Positions 9,586 through 17,691 of a DNA stretch of 64,000 nucleotides are shown piece by piece; position 1 is the stretch's first letter, and each line of letters begins with the position of its first letter. The notes below the pieces were generated by a model, which saw only the letters and a program-made list of their open reading frames with translations, was not told where the DNA came from and did no database searches. Origin of the DNA: an uncultured virus (IMG/VR IMGVR_UViG_3300042287_000536) (Duplodnaviria; Heunggongvirae; Uroviricota; Caudoviricetes); IMG/VR virus record IMGVR_UViG_3300042287_000536, one strand, 5' to 3'. The translations under genes were made by a program, and so were the position numbers.

Positions 9586-10068
9586 ATGGACAACACACAA
9601 ACAATAACAGCTTCTCCTACAAATGGGGAGGCTGTTATATTAGATGAAGAATCTACAAAAGTACTGTACAAAATGTTTAAAAGTAATGATACAGCTGATC
9701 ATAAGATGGGTCAGTTAATATTAAACACTTGTGATGTAGAAAAATCAATTTATTATATCTGGCAATTAGCTAGATCTGTATATCCAAGTTTAATGGTAAA
9801 TTTAAGAACAAAAGCTAGTAGAAACTTTAGAGACCAATCAAGATTATTCTTTATTAGTCAAAAAGGATCAAGAACTTTTTCTGAGTTCTTAACTACTCAA
9901 GGATGGAATACTCCTGAAATCTTTCAAAAACTAGAAACAGATGTGATTAGTGGAACTATTGGCCAATGTAGAAATAAATACTATAATGTAACATTGACAA
10001 TAAAAGAAGAATACAAGCACTTAGCTTTAAATGTTGAACCAATTAATGTAGAAACCTATGGTAAATAA
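9586..10068 (+). CDS. Hypothetical protein, paralogue 2 of the MoxR-cluster shared-motif family
   Basis: VILDEESTKVLYKMFKSND.ADHKMGQLILNTCD...SIYY. Confidence 0.65.
   Translation: MDNTQTITASPTNGEAVILDEESTKVLYKMFKSNDTADHKMGQLILNTCDVEKSIYYIWQLARSVYPSLMVNLRTKASRNFRDQSRLFFISQKGSRTFSEFLTTQGWNTPEIFQKLETDVISGTIGQCRNKYYNVTLTIKEEYKHLALNVEPINVETYGK
9604..9638 (+). other. 14-bp RNA hairpin inside the 5' end of the 9586 ORF
   Basis: ATAACAGCTTCTCC-tacaaat-GGGGAGGCTGTTAT pairs fully with two G-U pairs; no long U tract. Confidence 0.55.
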
Positions 10069-11242
10069 ACAAACAGCAGTCTATATAGATAGACTGCCAA
10101 TAAAAAATAGTAGTTATAATTCAGAGTTAAAATATGATATTAGAGGAGTATTTAGTACTTATTCACCTTTAAGTATTCTTAAAGGACTTTATGTTCCTGT
10201 AGCTAAAGATAAGCTTTTTATATTTCCTAATTGTAATATTCCAAGATTTAAAGTAAAATCTTTTTGTGAATCTACTGATACAGCTGTAGTGAAATTTAAA
10301 GAAAAAGCTAATATCTGGTTTACTAATAAAGAAAATATAGATACAGAGCTTATTGAAAAACTTTATAATACAGACTGTATTACAAAAAAAGCAATGTTAA
10401 AGTATCTTGCTGCAACTAAAGTAAGATGTTCTAGTGAGCATTTACAGCAAATTATTAAATTAATTGAAGATATTGAAAGTACAGAAGCTGATTTTGTTAT
10501 AACATCTTATAGTGTAAAAAGTGCTATAAAGTCAGCTGGTGCTTTTAATGGTCCTGTATATGATTTTATGGATGAACAAGATCTTGTTAGAGAAGATGCT
10601 AATGGTAATGACTTACCTCTTACTGATGATCAAAAAGAATTAGTTGAAGCTTTTGATATGACTCTTTATGAGTTTGAAAGTCCTGAGAAAGAAGCTCTTT
10701 ATAATACCTTATTGACTCATGGTAATGTATATGATGAATCAGCTTTACTAAGTTTATTAAACTCTGAGCTTGTAATGGATCAAGAAATCTATGAAGGTGT
10801 AAAAAACTTATTTGAAAGTTCTGATAAGGATAATCATAAAGTAGCTATGGAATCAATGGCCAATTGTAATTATTTACAATCAGCTGTTTATTTATTATTA
10901 CTAATGAAAGAGCATAGAAGACATATGGCTAACTCAGACATGAAAAATCATGTAAACTTTAAAAGTTTATTGAAGTTTTTTGATGTTAATATAAATTATA
11001 GTGAAGTATCTTATGATGATATTGTATATAAACTTGTAGATAAAAATATAATGACATATGAAAATATGGCTTTAATTTTACCTGAAGCTATAGAATATGT
11101 TAATGATCATGGTGATAGCACATACTTTAAAATGACTAATGTAGAACCTTCAGATGACATTAAGAAGTTAATGGAGTTTAATAAGCAGGCTCAAGTTGTT
11201 GTACCAGAATTAATTGAAGAAAAACCAATAACAGACCTATGA
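10058..11242 (+). CDS. Hypothetical protein, paralogue 3; possible BRCT-like N-terminal region
   Basis: KLFIFPNCNIPRFKVK...VVKFKEKANIWF; C-terminal LVMDQEIYEGVKNLFESSD.DNHKVAMESMANCN...SAVY. Confidence 0.6.
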   Translation: MVNKQTAVYIDRLPIKNSSYNSELKYDIRGVFSTYSPLSILKGLYVPVAKDKLFIFPNCNIPRFKVKSFCESTDTAVVKFKEKANIWFTNKENIDTELIEKLYNTDCITKKAMLKYLAATKVRCSSEHLQQIIKLIEDIESTEADFVITSYSVKSAIKSAGAFNGPVYDFMDEQDLVREDANGNDLPLTDDQKELVEAFDMTLYEFESPEKEALYNTLLTHGNVYDESALLSLLNSELVMDQEIYEGVKNLFESSDKDNHKVAMESMANCNYLQSAVYLLLLMKEHRRHMANSDMKNHVNFKSLLKFFDVNINYSEVSYDDIVYKLVDKNIMTYENMALILPEAIEYVNDHGDSTYFKMTNVEPSDDIKKLMEFNKQAQVVVPELIEEKPITDL

Positions 11243-12267
11243 TAGATACTAAATCTAAAAAAACAATTGCTGAGTTAGAGAAAGAGTTTTATGAAAAGCC
11301 TTTTATATTAAGTTATTCAGGCTTGAATAAGCTTTTATTCTCTCCAAAGATGTATTATAATCACTATGTTCTCAATCAAAGAGAAGATAGAATTGACTCA
11401 CATCTTATTGATGGAAAAGTTATTCACTGTTTGATATTAAATAATCATGAGTTTGAAGATAATTTTGTACTTTTACCATCAAATCTCCCAACAGGCAACT
11501 CAAGAATAGTTATAGATAAAGTACATAGCATTTTAAAATCTATGGATCCACAACCAGCTACAGAACTTACACTAGCTGATTTGGGTGCAGAAATTTTAGA
11601 AATACTCAAAGAGATCAACTTACACCAATCCTTAAAAACTGATGACCAGAGGTTATCAAAAATCATCACAGAGGAAACAATCAGCTACTTTGAATTTTTA
11701 AAATCTAAAGGGAATAGGGACCTAATAGATAGTGAAACATTACAAAGATGCAATGAGGCAGTAACTTTACTGAGAGCAGACAAAAAGGTTTGTGAATTAC
11801 TAGGGTTATATAACACAGAGATGGAAAACATAGACATGTTTAATGAAATAGCTTTGTCTTCAGACACTGCAGGAATAGAAAACATTGGTCTAAAGGGAAT
11901 TGCAGATAGTATTCAAATCAATAATGATAAGAAAATTATTTACATCAATGACTTAAAGACAACTGGTAAGACTATCACAGACTTCCCAGAAACAATACAG
12001 TTCTACAACTACAATGTACAGGCAGCTATTTACACCCGACTTGTCAAAGATGTATATAAACATATTATTACTTCTGATTGGAAAGTTATCTTTAACTTTA
12101 TTGTTATTGACAAATATAATCAAGTGTATTGTTTTGAAGTATCTTCTGAAACACTGGCCTTATGGGATACTGTATTAGTTGATAAATTAATTGAAGCTAA
12201 CTGGCACTACAAGAATAATAATTATAGTTTACCTTACAAATTTGCAGCAAGTCAAGTAATTTTGTAA
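11239..12267 (+). CDS. PD-(D/E)XK exonuclease (RecE/exonuclease VIII-like)
   Basis: LSYSGL, G..IHCL, E..L, LKGIAD, INDLKTT, Y..QAAIY. Confidence 0.85.
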   Translation: MIDTKSKKTIAELEKEFYEKPFILSYSGLNKLLFSPKMYYNHYVLNQREDRIDSHLIDGKVIHCLILNNHEFEDNFVLLPSNLPTGNSRIVIDKVHSILKSMDPQPATELTLADLGAEILEILKEINLHQSLKTDDQRLSKIITEETISYFEFLKSKGNRDLIDSETLQRCNEAVTLLRADKKVCELLGLYNTEMENIDMFNEIALSSDTAGIENIGLKGIADSIQINNDKKIIYINDLKTTGKTITDFPETIQFYNYNVQAAIYTRLVKDVYKHIITSDWKVIFNFIVIDKYNQVYCFEVSSETLALWDTVLVDKLIEANWHYKNNNYSLPYKFAASQVIL

Positions 12268-12279
12268 ATTTATAATTAT

Positions 12280-12846
12280 ATGGCCATAACATCATTGTAT
12301 AAAGACTATTTTCAGAAGAGTAGGATATTTATGTATCCTATCCTGGAAATAAAGAGGGGAGCAAGTGTTACCCCTATTGAAACTTATCTGAGCTGGGAAG
12401 ACCAGTATAGTTTATGTGACAGAAAATTAATCTGTCATTATCATCTTAGAGATGATTCAGAGTTTACAGTTTTTGAAAAAGAAAAATTGTTAGGTAACAA
12501 GCTCTTTTATGACTTCAAACAAGTTGAAGATAATAAAGGAGTGTATGTATTTGACTTTAATCCTCATGCAGAAGACTGGGATAACATAAGAGCTGGTAAA
12601 TATTCAAAGCTTAGTCCTAACTATAAGAAAAAGATAGAAAATTTTTATGGTAAAAAAGACTCAAACTTTGCTTATATTGAAAGTTATATGAATCCTGAAA
12701 AGTATTACAAAATGTATTCAGAGATGATGGGAGTAAAAGAATCCTTGTTAATGGAAGTAGGAGAATTATGTTCTCATGTGGACTTTAATAAAGAAACTCT
12801 TAAAACTTGTATAAAAAATTTGGAATTTAACTCAAAATTGACTTAA
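12280..12846 (+). CDS. Hypothetical phage protein
   Basis: 188-aa ORF in operon; GKYSKLS motif; no function recognised. Confidence 0.6.
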   Translation: MAITSLYKDYFQKSRIFMYPILEIKRGASVTPIETYLSWEDQYSLCDRKLICHYHLRDDSEFTVFEKEKLLGNKLFYDFKQVEDNKGVYVFDFNPHAEDWDNIRAGKYSKLSPNYKKKIENFYGKKDSNFAYIESYMNPEKYYKMYSEMMGVKESLLMEVGELCSHVDFNKETLKTCIKNLEFNSKLT

Positions 12847-12850
12847 TTTG
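12819..12850 (+). promoter_or_regulatory. Probable Bacteroidota-type promoter (variant -7 element)
   Basis: TTTG at 12819-12822, 20-nt spacer, TTAATTTG at 12843-12850 (one mismatch to TAnnTTTG). Confidence 0.45.
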
Positions 12851-12873
12851 TGAAAATTAAAACCAACTAGAAA

Positions 12874-13299
12874 ATGACAAACTTAAAAACAATGCTGTTA
12901 GTAACAGCTCCCTGGTCACCTGATGAAAATACTTTCAGAATGATTCCAGCAAGTAATGACTCTCCTTACTTAGATGTAGTGTATAATAAAGACAAAAAAG
13001 CTTTAGAAATTACTTCTACATATAAGAGAAATGAGTATGCTATGTTTGCTAAAGTTAATGAAAATGGTGATCCAGAATTAAGAAAATCTCCAAAGGAAGA
13101 TCCTGAGACTGGTGAAAAAACTGTTATCAAGCAAGAAAGAAAACTTGCTGAACAACTTCAGAAATATTTCATCTTAGATCAAGCAGAAATCATTGCTTTT
13201 GTACAGTTCTTTGCAGTAAATGCAGATAAAGTTGATTATATGCAGCACTTTATTGGTGCTGTTGTTGAGGCTCCTAAGCCTTCTATCATTATGCCTTAA
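12874..13299 (+). CDS. Hypothetical phage protein
   Basis: 141-aa ORF followed by a strong terminator. Confidence 0.65.
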   Translation: MTNLKTMLLVTAPWSPDENTFRMIPASNDSPYLDVVYNKDKKALEITSTYKRNEYAMFAKVNENGDPELRKSPKEDPETGEKTVIKQERKLAEQLQKYFILDQAEIIAFVQFFAVNADKVDYMQHFIGAVVEAPKPSIIMP

Positions 13300-13321
13300 T
13301 AGTAATATTAAGCTAACCTAT

Positions 13322-13352
13322 AGGGAGTAGAGAAATCTGCTCCCTTTTTTTT
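13322..13352 (+). terminator. Intrinsic terminator
   Basis: AGGGAGTAGA-gaaa-TCTGCTCCCT followed by a T run. Confidence 0.85.
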
Positions 13353-13391
13353 ACACTATAAGGGGAAACAGCTAAACTGAATATAAATAAT

Positions 13392-15299
13392 ATGGCAAAA
13401 AACCATTGGGTAATTGACTATGAAACACTAGTTGATTGTACTACCTTAGTAGCAGAACACTATACAGGAACAGAACAAAAGATCTTTGTTATAGGTCATC
13501 TAAAAAATGAAATAAAAGAACTTATTGACTTTCTTGTAAGCAACAGTGTAAATGGAGAATGGCACATATCCTTTAATGGCTTAGCTTTTGACTCTCAAAT
13601 TTCAGAGTATATAGTAAGAAATAATAAGTCATTAGTAAAACTAGATGGACCAACTATAGCTGGTATGGTCTATAAGAAAGCCCAAGATATCATTGAAAGA
13701 CAAAATATGAAAGAGTTCTCAGAATTTAGTGAGAAAGACTTATCTATTAGACAAATTGATGTATTCAAGCTTAACCATTGGGATAATCCAGCAAAAAGAT
13801 CCAGCTTAAAATGGATACAGTACTCTATGGACTGGCACAATCTATTAGATATGCCTATTCATCATAGTACAAGTATCACAACACAAGAACAACTTGATAC
13901 AATCATAAGCTATTGTATAAATGATGTTAAGTCTACTAAGCAAATTATGAACTTTAGCAAGGAACAGATTAATCTTAGAAAAACTTTAACTCAAGAATAC
14001 AATCTTCCTTTGTTTAGTGCATCAGAACCAAGAATCTCTAAAGAGTTATTCTTGACATTCTTAAGTGAAGAAATGAATGTAAGTAAGTATAATCTTAGAA
14101 ATTTAAGAACTAGTAGAGATAACATAAAGATAAAGGATATCATCCTGCCTTACACAAGCTTTACTACAGACACTTTTAAAGATTTACTATATAACTTCAA
14201 TGATTTAATAATAAATGCAAGAGACACCAAAGGAGGCTTTAAATACAGCTTTAAATATAAAGGTGTAAAGACAGACTTTGGCTTAGGTGGAGTTCATGGT
14301 TGTATAAGAAGTGGAGTTTATGAAGCAAAAGATGATATGATTATAATGTCATCTGATGTAACTAGTTTTTATCCAAATCTGGCCATTAGGAATAAGTGGT
14401 CACCGGCACATCTAGATAGAGATATATTTTGTAGCAAATATGAGTGGTTTTTTGAGGAAAGAAAAAAGCTTCCTAAAAGTGATCCTAAAAATTATGTATA
14501 CAAGATTATTCTTAATTCAACTTATGGCTTAAGTAATGATGCAAACAGTTTTCTATATGATCCTGAATTCACAATGAGGATTACAATCAATGGTCAGCTA
14601 TCTCTAATGATGCTATATGAAATGTTAGTTGAGGCTATACCAGACTGTCAACCATTAATGCAAAATACAGATGGTCTTGAGATGATAATCCCTGCAAGTT
14701 ATAAAGATATATATCTAGAAATTTGCAAAAAATGGGAGGATATTACTCAATTACAACTTGAGCATGATCAATACAGCAAAATGGTAATAGGTGATGTAAA
14801 TAATTACATTGCAGTTAATATGGCTGGCAAATCTAAATGTAAAGGTAGATTTGAGTTTAACAATCTTGCTCTTCATAAAAACAAGAGTAACTTAATTATA
14901 CCTAAAGCAATCTATGCATTCTTTATTGAAAACAAATTACCTGAACAATTTTTACAAGACAATAGAAACATATTTGACTATTGCTCTGGTGTAAAAATTA
15001 AAGGAGATTGGGAGTTCCAACAAATTTGTGTAGACAAAGAAGGCATACATAAAAAACCTTTACAAAAAACTTTAAGATATTATATCTCTACAGGAGGCTG
15101 TAAGATCTATAAAGTAAACAAACATGATAAAAGAGAGATACAAGTTGAAGCTGGGAAGTGGATGCAAGAACTCTTTAATACTTATGAAGAAAAACCTTGG
15201 GAAGATTATAACATTGATGACTCTTATTATATAGATAAAATATATAAGGAAATTGATAATATATTACCCAAAATAACACAATTAAATTTATTTGACTAA
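13392..15299 (+). CDS. polB: Family B DNA polymerase with 3'-5' exonuclease domain
   Basis: Exo IDYET, FNGLAFD, YCINDV; polymerase motifs SDVTSFYPN, KIILNSTYG, QNTDG. Confidence 0.93.
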   Translation: MAKNHWVIDYETLVDCTTLVAEHYTGTEQKIFVIGHLKNEIKELIDFLVSNSVNGEWHISFNGLAFDSQISEYIVRNNKSLVKLDGPTIAGMVYKKAQDIIERQNMKEFSEFSEKDLSIRQIDVFKLNHWDNPAKRSSLKWIQYSMDWHNLLDMPIHHSTSITTQEQLDTIISYCINDVKSTKQIMNFSKEQINLRKTLTQEYNLPLFSASEPRISKELFLTFLSEEMNVSKYNLRNLRTSRDNIKIKDIILPYTSFTTDTFKDLLYNFNDLIINARDTKGGFKYSFKYKGVKTDFGLGGVHGCIRSGVYEAKDDMIIMSSDVTSFYPNLAIRNKWSPAHLDRDIFCSKYEWFFEERKKLPKSDPKNYVYKIILNSTYGLSNDANSFLYDPEFTMRITINGQLSLMMLYEMLVEAIPDCQPLMQNTDGLEMIIPASYKDIYLEICKKWEDITQLQLEHDQYSKMVIGDVNNYIAVNMAGKSKCKGRFEFNNLALHKNKSNLIIPKAIYAFFIENKLPEQFLQDNRNIFDYCSGVKIKGDWEFQQICVDKEGIHKKPLQKTLRYYISTGGCKIYKVNKHDKREIQVEAGKWMQELFNTYEEKPWEDYNIDDSYYIDKIYKEIDNILPKITQLNLFD

Positions 15300-15469
15300 T
15301 GGCAGATAACACCACAGAAAACTTATTTAGTGCACAAGAGAATGAGCATAATAAGGTTACAGGTATAAAACCTACAGAAGTACAATTCAAAGTAGGAGCC
15401 CAACTTGATCTTGAAGATTTAATCAAGATAATAGAAAAGGAAGAAGCTCAAGAAAAACAAAAAAAATAA
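15299..15469 (+). CDS. Small 56-aa hypothetical protein (not in the ORF track)
   Basis: MADNTTENLFSAQENEHNKVTGIKPTEVQFKVGAQLDLEDLIKIIEKEEAQEKQKK; TAATG overlap with the polB stop. Confidence 0.6.
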   Translation: MADNTTENLFSAQENEHNKVTGIKPTEVQFKVGAQLDLEDLIKIIEKEEAQEKQKK

Positions 15470-15478
15470 AAAAAATAT

Positions 15479-15700
15479 ATGAAAACACTTAATGCACAAA
15501 CAAGTGAAGAAACATTTGATGATTTTACAGCAGTAGGAATTGCTGAAGGTTTTCTTGAGTGTGACTCTCAAGAAGACATGCTAAAAGCTTGGCAACACTT
15601 AGTTGACACAGGTTTAGCATGGAAATTACAAGGCTGGTTTGGAAGAACAGCTACAGATTTAATTAATGAAGGTTTAATCAAAGCTAAAACTATAAACTAA
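15479..15700 (+). CDS. Small phage protein (WQHLVDTGLAWKLQGWFGRTA family)
   Basis: 73-aa ORF with a Trp-rich motif I recall from diverse phages; function unknown. Confidence 0.65.
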   Translation: MKTLNAQTSEETFDDFTAVGIAEGFLECDSQEDMLKAWQHLVDTGLAWKLQGWFGRTATDLINEGLIKAKTIN

Positions 15701-15747
15701 TGATTATAGGTATATCTGGTAAACTGGGAAGTGGCATTTGTATATAA
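15700..15747 (+). pseudogene. Orphaned original 5' end of the dNMP kinase gene
   Basis: ATG at 15700 (TAATG coupling) reads MIIGISGKLGSG-ICI-stop, homologous to MILAISGRIGSGKD at 16474. Confidence 0.8.
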
Positions 15748-15768
15748 GAAAAAGATAATGTATATTTG
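15737..15768 (+). promoter_or_regulatory. Bacteroidota-type promoter carried by the endonuclease insertion
   Basis: TTTG at 15737-15740, 20-nt spacer, TATATTTG at 15761-15768, 4 nt before the ATG at 15773. Confidence 0.8.
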
Positions 15769-15772
15769 TATC

Positions 15773-16477
15773 ATGAAAACATATATTTATACATTATCTC
15801 ATCCTATTACTAATGAAGTACGGTATGTAGGTAAAACTGTAAACCCTAAACAGAGAAAACATAATCATAGCAATATTGCTAGAGATAAAGGTACTCATAA
15901 AAGAAACTGGATTAATTTATTAAAAACTCAAAAATTAAGACCCCTCTTTGAAATAATTGATGAGGTAGATTCTGATTGGAAGTTTTGGGAAAAATACTGG
16001 ATTTCTCAGTTTAAAGTTTGGGGATTTACTCTTTGCAATCATACACTTGGAGGAGATGGTCTTGAAACAGGTAATCAAACTTCTTTTAAAAAAGGGCAAA
16101 TTCCTTGGAATACAGGTATAGGTAATAAGAAAATATGTATTACATGTAATGAATCTTTTTCATCATGTGTTACTGCTCGTAAAATAACCTGTTCTAAAAA
16201 ATGTGCTAGTATATATAGATCTAAAAATCTGACAAAAACTGTTTTTAAAAAAGGATTTATACCTTGGAATAATGGAATAAAAGGATTTAAACTTAAACCT
16301 GATAAAAATGTATATCAATTTAATAAAGAAAAAACAATTATGATAAAAAAATGGAATACTGCTAAAGAAGCAGGATCTACCTTAAACATAAATGTAGAAG
16401 GTATAGGGCAATGTGCTAGAGAGGTTTCAAAATCTTCTGGTGGGTTTTATTGGACTTATAAAAATATATTACAATGA
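15773..16477 (+). CDS. Free-standing GIY-YIG homing endonuclease with NUMOD-type repeats, zinc ribbon and C-terminal HTH
   Basis: YIY...RYVGKT...R...H, E.YWI; duplicated FKKG.IPWN.G; CxxC...CSKKC; GGFYWTY. Start moved from 15731 to the ATG at 15773, after the promoter. Confidence 0.85.
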   Translation: MKTYIYTLSHPITNEVRYVGKTVNPKQRKHNHSNIARDKGTHKRNWINLLKTQKLRPLFEIIDEVDSDWKFWEKYWISQFKVWGFTLCNHTLGGDGLETGNQTSFKKGQIPWNTGIGNKKICITCNESFSSCVTARKITCSKKCASIYRSKNLTKTVFKKGFIPWNNGIKGFKLKPDKNVYQFNKEKTIMIKKWNTAKEAGSTLNINVEGIGQCAREVSKSSGGFYWTYKNILQ

Positions 16478-17124
16478 TTTTGGCTATTTCAGGCCGCATA
16501 GGCTCAGGAAAAGACACTGTAGGTTTAATTATACAGTATCTTGATTGGTTTAAAGCTGCAAATAGTCAAGGTTTATCTACTAATATGTCTTTTGAGGAAT
16601 GGGTAAACTTAAAAACTGCAGGTTATCCATTTAACCACAAACATTGGGAAATAAAAAAATATGCAGGCAAACTCAAAGAGATTGCTTGTATATTAACTGG
16701 ATGTACTTTAGAACAACTTGAAGATCAAGAGTTTAAGAAATTACAAATAGGTTCTGATTGGGGAATGACTTATAGAGAGTTACTTCAAAAACTTGGTACA
16801 GAAGCTATGAGAAATGGTTTACATGAAAATGTATGGGTCAATGCTTTATATGCTGATTATACTAACCAAAATTGGATTATTACAGACATGAGATTCCCTA
16901 ATGAGTTTGATGCTGTAAAATCTAGAAATGGTATTACTATTAGAATACAAAGATTTAAACAAATTTCTGAAAATATAAGAGTACATCATGGTATAGGAGT
17001 ACCACACCCCTCAGAAACAGCTCTTGATGATCATAACTTTGATTATGTGATAGACAACAATGGTAGTATGTCAGATTTGATAACTAAAGTAAGAGAAATA
17101 TTAACCCAAAATCAAATAATATAA
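16474..17124 (+). CDS. Deoxynucleoside monophosphate kinase
   Basis: ISGRIGSGKDT, RELLQKLGTE..R, IITDMRFPNE, H.SE..LD, I.NNG. Confidence 0.9.
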   Translation: MILAISGRIGSGKDTVGLIIQYLDWFKAANSQGLSTNMSFEEWVNLKTAGYPFNHKHWEIKKYAGKLKEIACILTGCTLEQLEDQEFKKLQIGSDWGMTYRELLQKLGTEAMRNGLHENVWVNALYADYTNQNWIITDMRFPNEFDAVKSRNGITIRIQRFKQISENIRVHHGIGVPHPSETALDDHNFDYVIDNNGSMSDLITKVREILTQNQII

Positions 17125-17125
17125 T

Positions 17126-17509
17126 ATGCAAGAGCAATTAAACAAGGTGGCTACATTCCACAGAGTATTCAAACAAAAAGATGGTACTGAACCTCAGTTA
17201 TTACCAGAAAATGATTTCTTATTAAGACATACACTTATGGCTGAAGAGAATGAAGAGTATTTAGAAGCTTGTAAACAAAAAGATATGATAGAAATAGCTG
17301 ATGCTTTAGGGGATCAGTTATATATCCTTTGTGGTACAATACTGAAGCATGGTATGCAAAACATAATTGAAGATGTATTTAATGAAATACAAGAATCTAA
17401 CATGTCCAAACTTGATGAGAATGGTGAACCATTATTCAGAGAAGATGGAAAAATCATGAAAAGTAACAAGTACTTCCCACCTAACATTGCAAGAATACTA
17501 AACAAATAA
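17126..17509 (+). CDS. MazG-like / PRA-PH family nucleotide pyrophosphohydrolase
   Basis: EE..EY, EIADALGDQLYI, SNMSKL, REDGKIMK. Confidence 0.85.
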   Translation: MQEQLNKVATFHRVFKQKDGTEPQLLPENDFLLRHTLMAEENEEYLEACKQKDMIEIADALGDQLYILCGTILKHGMQNIIEDVFNEIQESNMSKLDENGEPLFREDGKIMKSNKYFPPNIARILNK

Positions 17510-17514
17510 AATAC

Positions 17515-17546
17515 AGGCTATCCTTCGGGGTAGCCTATTTTTTTTT
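17515..17546. terminator. Terminator at the convergence of the + and - modules, possibly bidirectional
   Basis: AGGCTATCC-TTCG-GGGTAGCCT with a C(UUCG)G tetraloop, long T tract on + and an A-rich run upstream. Confidence 0.88.
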
Positions 17547-17679
17547 ATCCCTGACCTACATTAGGTTTTTTGTAGTTCTTACTGTTTTTATTCTTAGAAG
17601 TTTTGCTTTTAGCTACTACTCCTTTTCTTGTAACCTTTGGCTTAGCAGCCATTGTCATTGATACTTGTACTTTTGCCAT
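17545..17679 (-). CDS. Small, highly basic 44-aa protein (not in the ORF track)
   Basis: MAKVQVSMTMAAKPKVTRKGVVAKSKTSKNKNSKNYKKPNVGQG; last gene of the late module. Confidence 0.75.
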   Translation of the reverse strand: MAKVQVSMTMAAKPKVTRKGVVAKSKTSKNKNSKNYKKPNVGQG

Positions 17680-17691
17680 TGTTATATAAGT

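Noticed and set aside
12257..12264. TAATTTTG as a promoter for the 12280 ORF
   Set aside because: No -33 TTG at 19-21 nt spacing (nearest TTTG is 12 nt away); a chance match is likely in AT-rich DNA.
11239..12267. Cas4 or a CRISPR system
   Set aside because: No four-Cys Fe-S pattern, no repeat-spacer array and no other cas genes; better explained as a recombination exonuclease.
13300..13391. tRNA or structured ncRNA in the larger intergenic gaps (also 58486-58644)
   Set aside because: Only terminator hairpins and promoter-like motifs are visible; no cloverleaf or T-loop consensus.
15737..16510. Group I intron in the dNMP kinase gene
   Set aside because: The insert is filled by the promoter and endonuclease ORF, leaving no room for a ribozyme core, and the downstream gene has its own complete N-terminus.
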